NCBI GenBank assembly: GCA_038114645.1
Contig: JAYNRF010000017.1
Location: 13,536-77,535, forward strand
Origin: Pseudomonadaceae bacterium
GTDB lineage: Bacteria; Pseudomonadota; Gammaproteobacteria; Pseudomonadales; Pseudomonadaceae
DNA: 64,000 nucleotides
Direction: 5' to 3'
The notes beneath the pieces are model-generated. The model was not told where the DNA came from and ran no database searches. It saw only the letters and a program-made list of their open reading frames with translations. Below, in pieces: positions 19,226 to 28,746 of the stretch (position 1 is the first letter of the stretch; every line of letters starts with the position of its first letter). Both the position numbers and the translations under genes were made by a program.

Positions 19226-21719
19226 CGTTAACCTCCCTATCGGCGCCGATGCTGATGTGCACCCCTGTGGTTGCCGCAGACGTCAGGTCGGCTTCCAGTA
19301 AGAGGTCGGCAATGGGGCTGATCAGGTGGTCTTCTACCCAGCGCTCAATGCCGCGAGCGCCACCCGCATGCTGGCAGGTCTCGGCGATCAGCAGCGGCAG
19401 CTGCTGGTCGGTTGTGAAGTCGATTGCCTTGGCATGGAGGCGTTCGCCGAGGGCATCCAGGCGCTGTTGGGCAACCCGCTGCAGGCTGCTCAGCGAGATG
19501 GGGTAGTACGGCAGGACGCGCATGCGGGCGAGCAGCGCGGGCTTGAAATGGCGTTCCAGCTGCGGACCAATGGCGTCGATCAGTTGCTCCGGTGTGGGGC
19601 GATCTGCCGCCGTGCAGAGCTGGTTGATTTGCTCGCTGCCCAGGTTGGAAGTGAGCAGGATCAGCGTGTTGCGGAAGTCGATCTCACGGCCTTCGCCATC
19701 GTTGGCAAGCCCCTTGTCGAATATCTGATAGAACAGGCTCAGCAGCTGCGGGTCTGCCTTTTCGACTTCATCGAGCAGTACGACCGAATACGGCCGCCGT
19801 CGCACGGCTTCGGTCAGCTGGCCACCCTCGCCATAACCGACATAGCCCGGTGGCGCGCCAATCAGACGTGCCAGGCTGTGGCGTTCCTGATACTCGCCCA
19901 TATTGATGATCGTGAGGAAGGCGTCGCCGCCGTAAAGTAGATCCGCGATAGCCTCGGCGGTGGCGGTCTTGCCTACGCCGGTGGGGCCGGTCAGCAGAAA
20001 GACGCCGGCGGGGCGGTCTGTTCGGGATAACCCTAGTGCGCTGGCGCGCAGGCTGCGATCAAGCTGCTCGATGGCTTCAGGCTGGCCGTGCAGCCTGCCG
20101 CCAAGCCGTTCGGCAAAGCGGGCGATGCGGTCGTGTTGATGCCCGCACAGCTGAGCCATCGGGATGCCGGTCCACTCGCTGACGACTTCGGCGACGGCGT
20201 TGCGGTCCACCTCGGCATGCACCAGTTCCTGTTGCTGTTCCTGTTGCATACGTTGCAGTGCTTGCCGGTATTCGGCGTGCGGGGCGTCGGGCTGGTTGCG
20301 CTGGTTGACCAGTTGCATGGCGAGTTCGCGCTGAGTTGCCCAGCATTGCTGCAGGTTGTGCAGTTGCTTGCTATCGGCTTGCAGCTAGCTGCGCAGAGCG
20401 TCGAGCAGCGCGCTGTCGCCCGGTAGCCCGAGCTGTTGGTCGCGTTCGATGGCGCCCTGCTGGCGGGCACGTTCAGCCTGTGTGGCCTGCATCCGGTCGA
20501 TCACGATTGGGGCTGCGGCGAGGTTGACGCTTACTCTGGCGCAGGCCGTATCGAGCAGGTCAATCGCCTTGTCGGGCAACTGGCGCTCTGGCAGATACCG
20601 CGCTGCCAGCTCGACCGCGGCGACCACCGCATCGTCGCGCACATGCAGCCCGTGGCTGTCGGCGTAACGAGTAACCAGACCGCGCAGCACGGTGATGGCC
20701 TGAGAGGGGGTAGGTTCGCGCAACTGCAGGGGCTGAAACCGGCGGGCCAGCGCGGGATCTTTTTCTATGTGGCGGCGGTATTCGCTCCAGGTGGTGGCGG
20801 CGATGGCCTTGAGTGCACCGCGGGCGAGCGCTGGTTTAAGCAGATTGGCAGTATCGGCGGTGCCGGCGTCGCCTCCGTGCCCGATCAGGGTGTGGGCCTC
20901 ATCAATAAACAAGATGATGCGGTTGGTCGGGTCGCTGGCGGCACTCAGCACGCCCTGGAGTCGCCGTTCAAGCTCGCCACGCATGCCCGCGCCGGCCTGC
21001 AGCAGCCCCAGATCCAGACTCAACAGGCGCCAGCCGCGCAGGCTGTCCGGTACATTGCCTGCTATCAAGCGTTGCGCCACGCCTTCGACCAGTGCGCTCT
21101 TGCCGACCCCGGCATCACCTACGATGACGGGGTTGCCTTTGCGGCGGCGGCAGAGGATGTCGATCAACTGGCGAATTTCACGCTCACGGCCGAGGACCGG
21201 ATCCAGCGCTCCGTCAGCAGCCTGTTGGGTGAGATCGTGAGTAAAGGCATCGAGCAGCGACCTGGACGCGTCCCCGGTCACCGGTTTGCTGGCGCTCAGG
21301 CGCAGGAGTGGCTCAGGGCTGATGCCTGCCAGTGGGTCGGGGTGCAGCAGCGGGTTGCGCAGCCAGCCTAGCAGCAGCGCGTGTTGATCGATCTGCTGCT
21401 GTTGCAACTCGGTGCTGGCGACCAGCAGGGCCTGTTGCAACCAGCTCACCAGAGTGACAGACAGACCTGGATTGCGGTCGTGTCGGGCCGGCTCAGCGGC
21501 CAACTGGCAGGCGGACAGCACCGCGTCGGCGGGGCGCTCGGCAGCCGAAAGCACTTGCGTCAACAACCCGTCCGGCTGTTGCAGCAGCGCCAGGAACAGG
21601 TCTTCCGGTTGAACGCTGGCGCCGCCGCGGCGCAGGCAGTGCTCTGCCGCCTGCTCAAGGGCTCTGTGCAAGCTGTCATCCAGCAGGCGGATGAGCTGGT
21701 GAAGGTCAATCGGGATCAT
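19212..21719 (-). pseudogene. tssH: T6SS ATPase ClpV/TssH interrupted by an in-frame TAG at 20385-20387
   Basis: The 444-aa ORF (NBD1, GDAGVGKSALVEG) and the 368-aa ORF (NBD2, GPTGVGKTATAEA) are in the same frame (21719-20318=1401). Read-through gives ..LLDALRS*LQADSKQL.. and a ClpV-sized product of about 835 codons. Confidence 0.85.
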
Positions 21720-22729
21720 GCAGACCGTCCTTGGTCGAGTGAGGAGAGAATAATGCTCGGCTCGCCGGCTGGGTGCCCGAGCCAGGTGGTCCAGCCGAGC
21801 AGGCAGGCATTGCGGCTGCCAAGGCTCAGGGCTCGTATTTCGTCGGCTTGCAGATGCAGTTGGAGGTCGAACTGCAGGGCGCTGCGCAGCAGGAATCGTA
21901 ATAGTTCGTTCAGCGGGCGGTAGTCGCTGCCGGGCGGCAGAAATCGATGGAAATCATTCCAGTCGAGCTGCCGCAGGTGCACTCGAAAGCGGCCGCCGAT
22001 ATCCATGACCTGCTGGCCCAGTACCAGTTCGCTGCCAAGCGTGCTGTTAGCGCGCCCGAGTGCCGAGCGTTGTTCCGGTGGTATCGTCACGCGTCGAGGC
22101 AGGCATTGTTCCAACTCGATCCCGGCATGGCGGAAATAGTGGCGCAGCACGGCGGTAACGCTGTCAGCGGACTGGGCGCGGCGACTGATCAGGCCGAGGC
22201 AGGGAAGCAATCGGCGAGGCTGCAGTGCTTCGCCGCTGGTTGCGCCATGCAGGCCGGCGAGGGCCAGCAGGTGCGTTGACAGGCCGTCGCTCGCGCCGCG
22301 GCGAAAGCGGCTGTAATAGCGGTATTTTTGCCAGATCGGCAGCAGCAGCCGTTGCAAGCGGTCGTTGAACAGGTCGAGCAGGGCGCGCACGTTGCTGCTG
22401 CCCTCGTCATCGCCCAATGCCTGCTCTACCTGATGGGTCGGCAGCGGCGAGCTGGCGCCGCTGAGTGCGATCAGGTTCAGTTGCAGGGTGACGTGCAGGC
22501 CGTCGTCATGCGTTTCAATGTGCAGTTGCTCGATGTCCCGGCTGGCGAAGCCCAGAGCCGGGTTGGCGCAGAAGCGGATGCGGCCATAGAGCGCTTCCGG
22601 CGTCTCGCCCGGGTGGCTGTTTTGCAGTTGATCAAGCAGACACAACACGGCCTGGTACAGGCTGTAGTGATGGATATCCCGTTGCAAGCGAATCAGAACA
22701 GGGGCTGTTGGCCCATGCGCGGAACCCAT
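21716..22729 (-). CDS. tssG: T6SS baseplate protein TssG
   Basis: 337-aa ORF, TssG-like N-terminus (..YSLYQAVLCLLDQL.. RIRFCANPALGFASRDI). 4-nt overlap with clpV. Confidence 0.85.
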   Translation of the reverse strand: MGSAHGPTAPVLIRLQRDIHHYSLYQAVLCLLDQLQNSHPGETPEALYGRIRFCANPALGFASRDIEQLHIETHDDGLHVTLQLNLIALSGASSPLPTHQVEQALGDDEGSSNVRALLDLFNDRLQRLLLPIWQKYRYYSRFRRGASDGLSTHLLALAGLHGATSGEALQPRRLLPCLGLISRRAQSADSVTAVLRHYFRHAGIELEQCLPRRVTIPPEQRSALGRANSTLGSELVLGQQVMDIGGRFRVHLRQLDWNDFHRFLPPGSDYRPLNELLRFLLRSALQFDLQLHLQADEIRALSLGSRNACLLGWTTWLGHPAGEPSIILSSLDQGRSA

Positions 22730-24468
22730 TGGTAACGCTCCTCCTGCAGACTGGTGATGACGAGTTGGTGGAAGGTGTTGATACCGGCGTGCTGGGCCAG
22801 AAACTCGTTCATGACCGAGCCAAACAGAAACATTTCACCGGTTCCGCCACAGCTGTCAGCATCGACTTCAAGCTCTGATTGCACTCCGCGCACCGGCAGA
22901 CCTCGGAACAGGCGGTCGGTCTGGCGATGGCGTACCGAACGCAGCGCGTTCATCCTGCGTTGACTGATCTTGCCGGCGCTCTGGTCGTAATGTCTTGGCA
23001 GGTCGTGGCAGTTCAGTGCCTCGCGCAGCGCATGGATGTCTTCGAGCGTCTGGTAGTTAAGCGCCATGCTGCTGATCAGTTGCCACAGTCCCTGTTTATG
23101 CACGGCGGACGGATAGCTGGGGGTGATCCGGCCGATATTGCGAAACTGGACAAACTCGGGTGTGCCTTCACAGGGCTGGCAGATATCGCCCTGGGCAAGT
23201 TTGCCCGGCCATTGCTGGTTGGTGCAGGTGAGCTCAATGGAGAGGGTTTCCTGCTGGTCTTGCTGCAGCAGACTGAAGCACAGGTAGGTCTCCAGATGGT
23301 CGCCGTGCAATGCCGGACGCTGGCGCAGGCTGTAGTGCGGCGGTGTTTCAGGGTTGCCGAGCAGGTGATCGTGTTCGAATGACTCAAACGGCACATAGTG
23401 CCGATAACCCATGCCCCCTGGCTTCCAACCGGTTACCTGCGATACCGCGAACACCTCGCACTGGGCCGGTGTCAGGCCGGCGGGGCGCAGCAGGTAGCGG
23501 TCTTGCCGGCCGTCCAGACGGATTGGGCTGGCATCGTGGCTGAACAGGTTGACGATGGGCGTGCAGTACAGCTGAACCATGTCGGCTTCCGGATTCAACT
23601 GACGGCAGTCCGGGTGGCGCAGTCCAAACTCGATTCTCAGCCCGCGGGCCTGCTTGAGTACCGGCTCTCCCAGCGCTGTGAGTTGTTCAAGTCCGGATAG
23701 TTCGACAAACAGAAACTTCTCGGCGAAGGCGAAATAGTCCTGCAGATGCCGGTAGCCGCTGAAGCCCTGGTTGGTATCGGGCAGCAGTGCTTCGCTGCTG
23801 CTAAAGCCGCAGGGCTGCAGGTGGCTGACCGGCAGTTGGCATGTCACCTCACCCGCTAGTGGCTGAGCGCCAGCGTCCAGAGGGTGCAGGCTGATGCTGT
23901 GCAGGTGGCGGCACAGGTGCAGATACAGCTGGCGACTCGAATAGCTATTGCCGCCCAGATGCAGACGCAGACGGCGCAGTTGCAGATCCGCCAGATTGCC
24001 GTCGGTGGTCATCTGCAGGGTGAACGCAAGTCGGGCGCCGGTGGGGTGGCTATGGTATTGCGGGTTGGTTAGCTCAAGCGGCAACAGTGATATGTCGCTG
24101 GTAGTTTGAAACCGGCAGCGAATGCCCTCGACGGGGCGCGATTCGACTGCCGTGCCGCGTTTGATCGTCAGTGCGCTCAGCGGACGCTTGAGTGGTTCGA
24201 ATTGCAGCATGGCAACGGCGGGCATCGGCCGCAGGCAGTCAGGCCACAGCAGTTGCATCAGCGAATGGGTCAGCTCGGGCAGTTCGTCATCGAGCTTTTG
24301 CCGCAGCCGACCGGTCAGAAACGCGACGCCTTCGAGCAAGCGCTCCACATCCGGGTCTGTGCTGGTACTGGCGAGATAGGGAGCCAATGCCGGGTTATGT
24401 TCGGCAAAGCGACGGCCCTGGTCGCGCAGGGCGCTCAGTTCACTCTGAAAATAGTGATTGAAGCTCAT
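22693..24468 (-). CDS. tssF: T6SS baseplate protein TssF
   Basis: ATG at 24468 (MSFNHYFQSELSALRDQGRRFAEHNPALAPYL) preceded by GGAGG at 5-nt spacing. About 591 aa, TssF-like. Confidence 0.9.
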   Translation of the reverse strand: MSFNHYFQSELSALRDQGRRFAEHNPALAPYLASTSTDPDVERLLEGVAFLTGRLRQKLDDELPELTHSLMQLLWPDCLRPMPAVAMLQFEPLKRPLSALTIKRGTAVESRPVEGIRCRFQTTSDISLLPLELTNPQYHSHPTGARLAFTLQMTTDGNLADLQLRRLRLHLGGNSYSSRQLYLHLCRHLHSISLHPLDAGAQPLAGEVTCQLPVSHLQPCGFSSSEALLPDTNQGFSGYRHLQDYFAFAEKFLFVELSGLEQLTALGEPVLKQARGLRIEFGLRHPDCRQLNPEADMVQLYCTPIVNLFSHDASPIRLDGRQDRYLLRPAGLTPAQCEVFAVSQVTGWKPGGMGYRHYVPFESFEHDHLLGNPETPPHYSLRQRPALHGDHLETYLCFSLLQQDQQETLSIELTCTNQQWPGKLAQGDICQPCEGTPEFVQFRNIGRITPSYPSAVHKQGLWQLISSMALNYQTLEDIHALREALNCHDLPRHYDQSAGKISQRRMNALRSVRHRQTDRLFRGLPVRGVQSELEVDADSCGGTGEMFLFGSVMNEFLAQHAGINTFHQLVITSLQEERYQWVPRMGQQPLF

Positions 24469-24469
24469 G

Positions 24470-24913
24470 TCAGCCTCCAGCACCGGCGCTATCGTGCAGC
24501 ACGGTCACTGCCGCCTGGCCCTGGCCATCGAGTTGCAGGTTGAAGGTGACCGGCTGTTGCAGTGCTGGCAGGTTGAGTTTGGCGCTGATGGTGAAGCTCA
24601 GGCGCAGTGGATCGTTGGCGTCGTGCCGGCACGCCACGCGGACGTCGCGCAGCCTCGGCTCATAACGGCTGATGCTGCGCTCGATGGCGGCGCGTGCCTG
24701 CTGCCGCGTGTCGTGCAGCGTCAGGCGCATATCGTTCAGTTCGGGCAACCCGTAATCGGGCAGCATCTGTACGCTACCTGCACGGGTGCTGAGCATGCGC
24801 GCCAGCTGAGCCATCACCGATGTGCTGACCGCGTCGGCTGTTGGCAGGCTGCTGCGTGATCGACTGGTCCCGCTCAAGCGCTCCAGCAGCGAGCCATATC
24901 CGCCCTGGATCAT
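24470..24913 (-). CDS. tssE: T6SS baseplate protein TssE (gp25-like)
   Basis: 147-aa ORF, gp25/TssE-like (..LPDYGLPELND.. RYEPRL..). Its start overlaps the tssC stop (TGATG). Confidence 0.85.
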   Translation of the reverse strand: MIQGGYGSLLERLSGTSRSRSSLPTADAVSTSVMAQLARMLSTRAGSVQMLPDYGLPELNDMRLTLHDTRQQARAAIERSISRYEPRLRDVRVACRHDANDPLRLSFTISAKLNLPALQQPVTFNLQLDGQGQAAVTVLHDSAGAGG

Positions 24914-26388
24914 CAGTCTTTGTCCAGCTTGCCGACCAGCGACAAGGTGAAATCGGCGCCCATGTACTTGAAGTGCGGGCGCACGCTCAGGCTGACCCGA
25001 TACCAGCCGGGCTGGCCGGCGACATCTTCAACACTGATGGCCGCCGCGCGCAGCGGCCGACGACCGCGCACCTCTGCGCTCGGGTTGTCCTGGTCGGCCA
25101 CGTACTGGCGAATCCAGCGATTGAGTTCCAGCTCCAGGTCGGTACGTTCCTTCCAGGCGCCAATCTGTTCGCGCTGCAGCACCTTCAGGTAGTGCGCCAG
25201 GCGATTGATGATGAACAGGTAGGGCAGTTGTGTGCCCAGGCGGAAGTTCAGCTCGGCAGCCTTGCCTTCAGCGCTGTTCCCGAACAGGCGGGGCTTCTGC
25301 GCCGAGTTGGCGGAAAAGAAGGCCGCGTTATCGCTGCCCTTGCGCATGGTCAGAGCGATGAACCCGGCCTCAGCCAGCTCGTACTCGCGGCGGTCTGACA
25401 CCAGCACTTCGGTGGGGATTTTGGTTTCAATTTCGCCCATGCTGGAAAAGTGGTGCAGCGGCAGGTCGTCGACTGCGCCGCCGCTTTGCGGGCCGATGAT
25501 ATTGGGACACCAGCGGTAGCGGGCAAAACTGTCGGTCAGGCGACTGCCGAAGGCAAACGCCGTGTTACCCCAGAGGTAGTCTTCATGGCTGGTGCTGACC
25601 GTTTCCCGGTAGGCGAAGCTGCGGACCGGGTTGTCTTCCGGATCATAGGGCGTGCGCAGCAGGAAGCGGGGCAGTGTCAGGCCGACATAGCGGGCGTCCT
25701 CACTGTCTCGAAATCCCTGCCACTTGCTGAACAATGGGCCATCGAAATGATCCTGCAGGTCCTTCATGTCAGGCAGGCCATTGAAGCTGGACAGCCCAAA
25801 GAACGCCGGACCGGCGGCGGCAATAAAGGGCGCATGGGCCATGCTGGCGACCCCGGCCACCTGCTGCAGCAGACGAATATCCTGGGTGCCGGGGCCGAAG
25901 TCGTAGTTGGCGATCATGGCGCCGACCGGTTGGCCCCCGAACTGGCCGTACTCCGCGGTATACACGTGCTTGTAGAGCCCGGACTGCACCAGCTCGGGAC
26001 TGTCTTCAAAGTCATCGAGCAGATCCTGTTTGGAGACGTTGATCAGTTCGATGCGGATGTTTTCCCGAAAGTCGGTGCGATCGATCAGCAGTTTGAGGCC
26101 GCGCCAGGCCGATTCCAGCTGCTGGAAATCCGGGTGGTGGAGGATGCTGTCGACCTGCCGGCTCAGCGTGCTGTCGATCTCGGCGATCATCCGGTCGACC
26201 AGGGCTTTCTTGACCGGCTCTTCTCGGTTGTGCGGTTTCAGCAGTTCGCTGATAAAGGCACCGACCCCGCGGCGGGCGATGGCGTAGGACTCATCTTCCG
26301 GCGTCAGGTGGGTCTCGGCGATAACCCGATCCAGCAGGCTGGCGGTGGCGACAGCGGCGCTCGTGCGAGCGGCAGGTTGACTATGCAT
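24913..26388 (-). CDS. tssC: T6SS contractile sheath large subunit TssC
   Basis: 491-aa ORF with strongly TssC/VipB-like sequence throughout. Confidence 0.97.
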   Translation of the reverse strand: MHSQPAARTSAAVATASLLDRVIAETHLTPEDESYAIARRGVGAFISELLKPHNREEPVKKALVDRMIAEIDSTLSRQVDSILHHPDFQQLESAWRGLKLLIDRTDFRENIRIELINVSKQDLLDDFEDSPELVQSGLYKHVYTAEYGQFGGQPVGAMIANYDFGPGTQDIRLLQQVAGVASMAHAPFIAAAGPAFFGLSSFNGLPDMKDLQDHFDGPLFSKWQGFRDSEDARYVGLTLPRFLLRTPYDPEDNPVRSFAYRETVSTSHEDYLWGNTAFAFGSRLTDSFARYRWCPNIIGPQSGGAVDDLPLHHFSSMGEIETKIPTEVLVSDRREYELAEAGFIALTMRKGSDNAAFFSANSAQKPRLFGNSAEGKAAELNFRLGTQLPYLFIINRLAHYLKVLQREQIGAWKERTDLELELNRWIRQYVADQDNPSAEVRGRRPLRAAAISVEDVAGQPGWYRVSLSVRPHFKYMGADFTLSLVGKLDKD

Positions 26389-26410
26389 GCGGGGGACTCC
26401 GGTTAATGGT

Positions 26411-26905
26411 TCAGGGGGCTGGCGCGAGGCCGAGTTCAGTCAGGACCTGATCGCGTGCCTGCTCATCGCGCAGCAAGGCTTCGATGGCCTGGCGGAAGGC
26501 GGGGGTATTGCCCAGCGGGCCTTTGAGCGCGACCAGGGCTTCACGCAGTTCCATCAGCTGACGCAGCTGCGGCACCTGCTCAACGATGCTGGCGGGGTTG
26601 AAGTCGCGCATTGAGCTGATGCTGAGTTCGACGGGGAGTTCGTTGCCGGGGTCGTCCTCCTGCAGACGGTTTGGCACGTTGAAGGCGAGGTTCAGGCCCT
26701 GTTTCGCCAGCACTTCCTCGAAGCTGTGCTTGTCGATTGCAATCGGTTTGCGTTGTTCGATGCTGCGCTCGTCCCGGCGCTGGGTGAAGTCACCGAGCAC
26801 CATCAGCTTGAGCGGTAGCTCCATCTCCTGTTGCTGATCACCGGTATTTGGGGTGAACGTAACGTTGATGCGCTCGCGGGGCGCCACCGTACTTTGGTTA
26901 GCCAT
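26411..26905 (-). CDS. tssB: T6SS contractile sheath small subunit TssB
   Basis: 164-aa ORF (..RERINVTFTPNTGDQQQEMELPLKLMVLGDF..), TssB/VipA-like. Confidence 0.95.
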   Translation of the reverse strand: MANQSTVAPRERINVTFTPNTGDQQQEMELPLKLMVLGDFTQRRDERSIEQRKPIAIDKHSFEEVLAKQGLNLAFNVPNRLQEDDPGNELPVELSISSMRDFNPASIVEQVPQLRQLMELREALVALKGPLGNTPAFRQAIEALLRDEQARDQVLTELGLAPAP

Positions 26906-28422
26906 CAGGTTTCTCCGTGCTGGGCAGGCCGGGTGGCCTGGTCAAGGGTGTGTTCCAGATTCAGCCAGCGCAGCTGTTGCTGCAGTGCGCTGCGACGTTG
27001 CCGGGCCGCCGCGTCGCGCTGGTCGACGAGGCTTTGCTGTAGCAGTTCGAGGGTGTCGCTGAGCAGCTGCTGATCCCACAGGGCCAACGGCATGCTCTGC
27101 TGCAACTGCGTCAACTGGGGTTCCAGCAAGGCTTGTGCCTGCTGATCCTGACCATCGGCCAGCAGCAGGCGGGCGAGCTGAAGACGGCCGACTGCGCGCT
27201 GGCGTTCGCCTTTGGGGACTTGCAACTGCTGCGTCAGTTGCTGGGCCGCAGCGACGAAACCGTCATTGCGATGCACTGTCAGCAGGTCACTGCTCTCGGC
27301 CGGCACTTGTGCGGCAGGCGCTGCTGCCGGCGTGAGCCAGCGCTTGGTGGCCTGTGCGGCGAACGGGGTGCCGTCATCGAAGCAGAGCTGGTCCACATTG
27401 GGCAGCCGCTGCGATAGCGAGCAGACATGTCCGCGGATAGCTGCTGCTGCCCGCTGGTCCTGCAGGGCCTCGCAGCAGCGCGCGGCGAGAAAGTGCCCAT
27501 CGAGCCAGAACGGCGCCTTGCGCAGGCTGGCTTCCAGGTCGGCCAGCAGCGCTGTGTAGTCGGCGCGCTGCCATAAGGATTCGCAGTGATTGCGTCGTTC
27601 AGCCGGCGGCGGTCGCAGGCTGGTGATCCGGTTCTCGTCGTGCTGTGGCAACTGGCAGATGCCCGCCCAGGTCAGGGCGCGGTTCAGTTGCACAGCACAT
27701 ACCCGCTGCGCTGGCTGCGTTAGCCACCAGTCGAGCAGCGGCACTGCTGCCTCCTGCAGACGACGCAGCTGCTGCTGCGCGTCGCGGGAATTGCCGATGT
27801 GGCCGCTGCTGACCGGGTCTGCGTGAATGCTCGTTGGTGCGTCCGGCTTGGGGGCTCGGTAAGCCGGTTGCTCGCTGGCGGTCGGTTGCAGCAGTGTTGC
27901 CAGTTGCTGCCAGCTGGCACCCAGATCGGTTGAGTGGCTTTGCAGCACGGAGGCAAGTTGGTTGGCGGAGGCGTGCAGCGCAGCAAGCTCGCTGGCGGCT
28001 TCGGATGAGGCGCTCAGCTCACGGCTGAGAGCAGAATGCAGCCAGTGCAGTGCTGCCAGCTTGCCGCGCTCGCGTGCCGGCAGGCAACGGTTCCAGGCGT
28101 TGGTAATTGCGTCGCTGAGCTGATCCATGGCAACAGCGGCCTGCGATGTCTGTTGCAGCCTTCGCAACGCGAAGATGCGCCAGCAGATAACCCGCAAATC
28201 GGTACTGCGGGCGAGCAGTTCGTCTGCGCTGTCGATCACCTGCTGCCAGTCGGGGGGCGTTTGCGGTTGCGGTGACTCCAGCCGGGAGAACAGCTGTTCA
28301 AGCTGTGCATAGGCGTCGCTGTCGCGGAGATCGACCGGTTCTGCGCTGCTGTGGCAGCGGGGTGCGACTGACGGCATGGAGGGCATCCTTTGCGTAGTGC
28401 GGGCGGACGTCCTGTCCACCAC
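26905..28422 (-). CDS. tssA: T6SS protein TssA (ImpA_N-type)
   Basis: ImpA_N-like N-terminus (..DLRDSDAYAQLEQL.. STDLRVICWRIFAL). Maximal ORF starts at GTG 28422. ATG at 28377 has AAGGA 8 nt upstream and may be the true start. Its stop overlaps the tssB start (TGATG). Confidence 0.7.
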   Translation of the reverse strand: MVDRTSARTTQRMPSMPSVAPRCHSSAEPVDLRDSDAYAQLEQLFSRLESPQPQTPPDWQQVIDSADELLARSTDLRVICWRIFALRRLQQTSQAAVAMDQLSDAITNAWNRCLPARERGKLAALHWLHSALSRELSASSEAASELAALHASANQLASVLQSHSTDLGASWQQLATLLQPTASEQPAYRAPKPDAPTSIHADPVSSGHIGNSRDAQQQLRRLQEAAVPLLDWWLTQPAQRVCAVQLNRALTWAGICQLPQHDENRITSLRPPPAERRNHCESLWQRADYTALLADLEASLRKAPFWLDGHFLAARCCEALQDQRAAAAIRGHVCSLSQRLPNVDQLCFDDGTPFAAQATKRWLTPAAAPAAQVPAESSDLLTVHRNDGFVAAAQQLTQQLQVPKGERQRAVGRLQLARLLLADGQDQQAQALLEPQLTQLQQSMPLALWDQQLLSDTLELLQQSLVDQRDAAARQRRSALQQQLRWLNLEHTLDQATRPAQHGET

Positions 28423-28530
28423 TGGGCCAACGTGGGCTATGGCTGGCGCATGCTAAAGAGCGGGAGTGTTGGCGACAAATGCCGGAGTTGTGAATCAGGT
28501 CGCGTAGTCCTTGGTGATTGCTGCCTCTGT

Positions 28531-28610
28531 CTTGCTCTGATTGTTTTTGAAAAGTCACTAAAATCAATTGATTGCTGAGTTTTGTTGAGTTGTTTTGTTC
28601 GGTTTTTATC
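28531..28610 (-). promoter_or_regulatory. AT-rich A-tract block with an IHF-core match upstream of tssA
   Basis: 25 G/C in 80 nt by hand count (about 31% GC). Repeated T/A tracts. AATCAATTGATTG (28562-28574) fits WATCAANNNNTTR and contains the 12-nt palindrome AATCAATTGATT. Confidence 0.3.
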
Positions 28611-28746
28611 GGCGACGGCCGGGCAGCAAAATCTGTGATCCAGACAGCATGAGCAGATCAAGGCCAATGTAGTAACCCGCTGTTACCCGCTCGCTGGCGC
28701 ATCGGCGCATCATGGGTGCCGTTCACACCCACAAGGAGGCACTGTG

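Noticed and set aside
19212-20318. 368-aa ORF as an independent ClpB-like gene
   Set aside because: It is in frame with the upstream 444-aa ORF and separated from it by one TAG and 22 sense codons. It starts in the middle of the AAA+ protein and has no Shine-Dalgarno. Treated as the 3' part of a disrupted clpV.
28562-28573. Palindrome AATCAATTGATT read as a Fur box
   Set aside because: It matches the 19-bp Fur consensus GATAATGATAATCATTATC only loosely and lacks the repeated GATAAT hexamers. It is kept only as an IHF-core/operator candidate.
28622-28644. Possible sigma-54 promoter TGGATCACAGATTTTGCT on the minus strand upstream of tssA
   Set aside because: The GG and GC dinucleotides are separated by 12 nt instead of the strictly conserved 10. 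The -24 box is TGGATC rather than TGGCAC. The site also lies distal to the IHF-like site, not between it and the gene.
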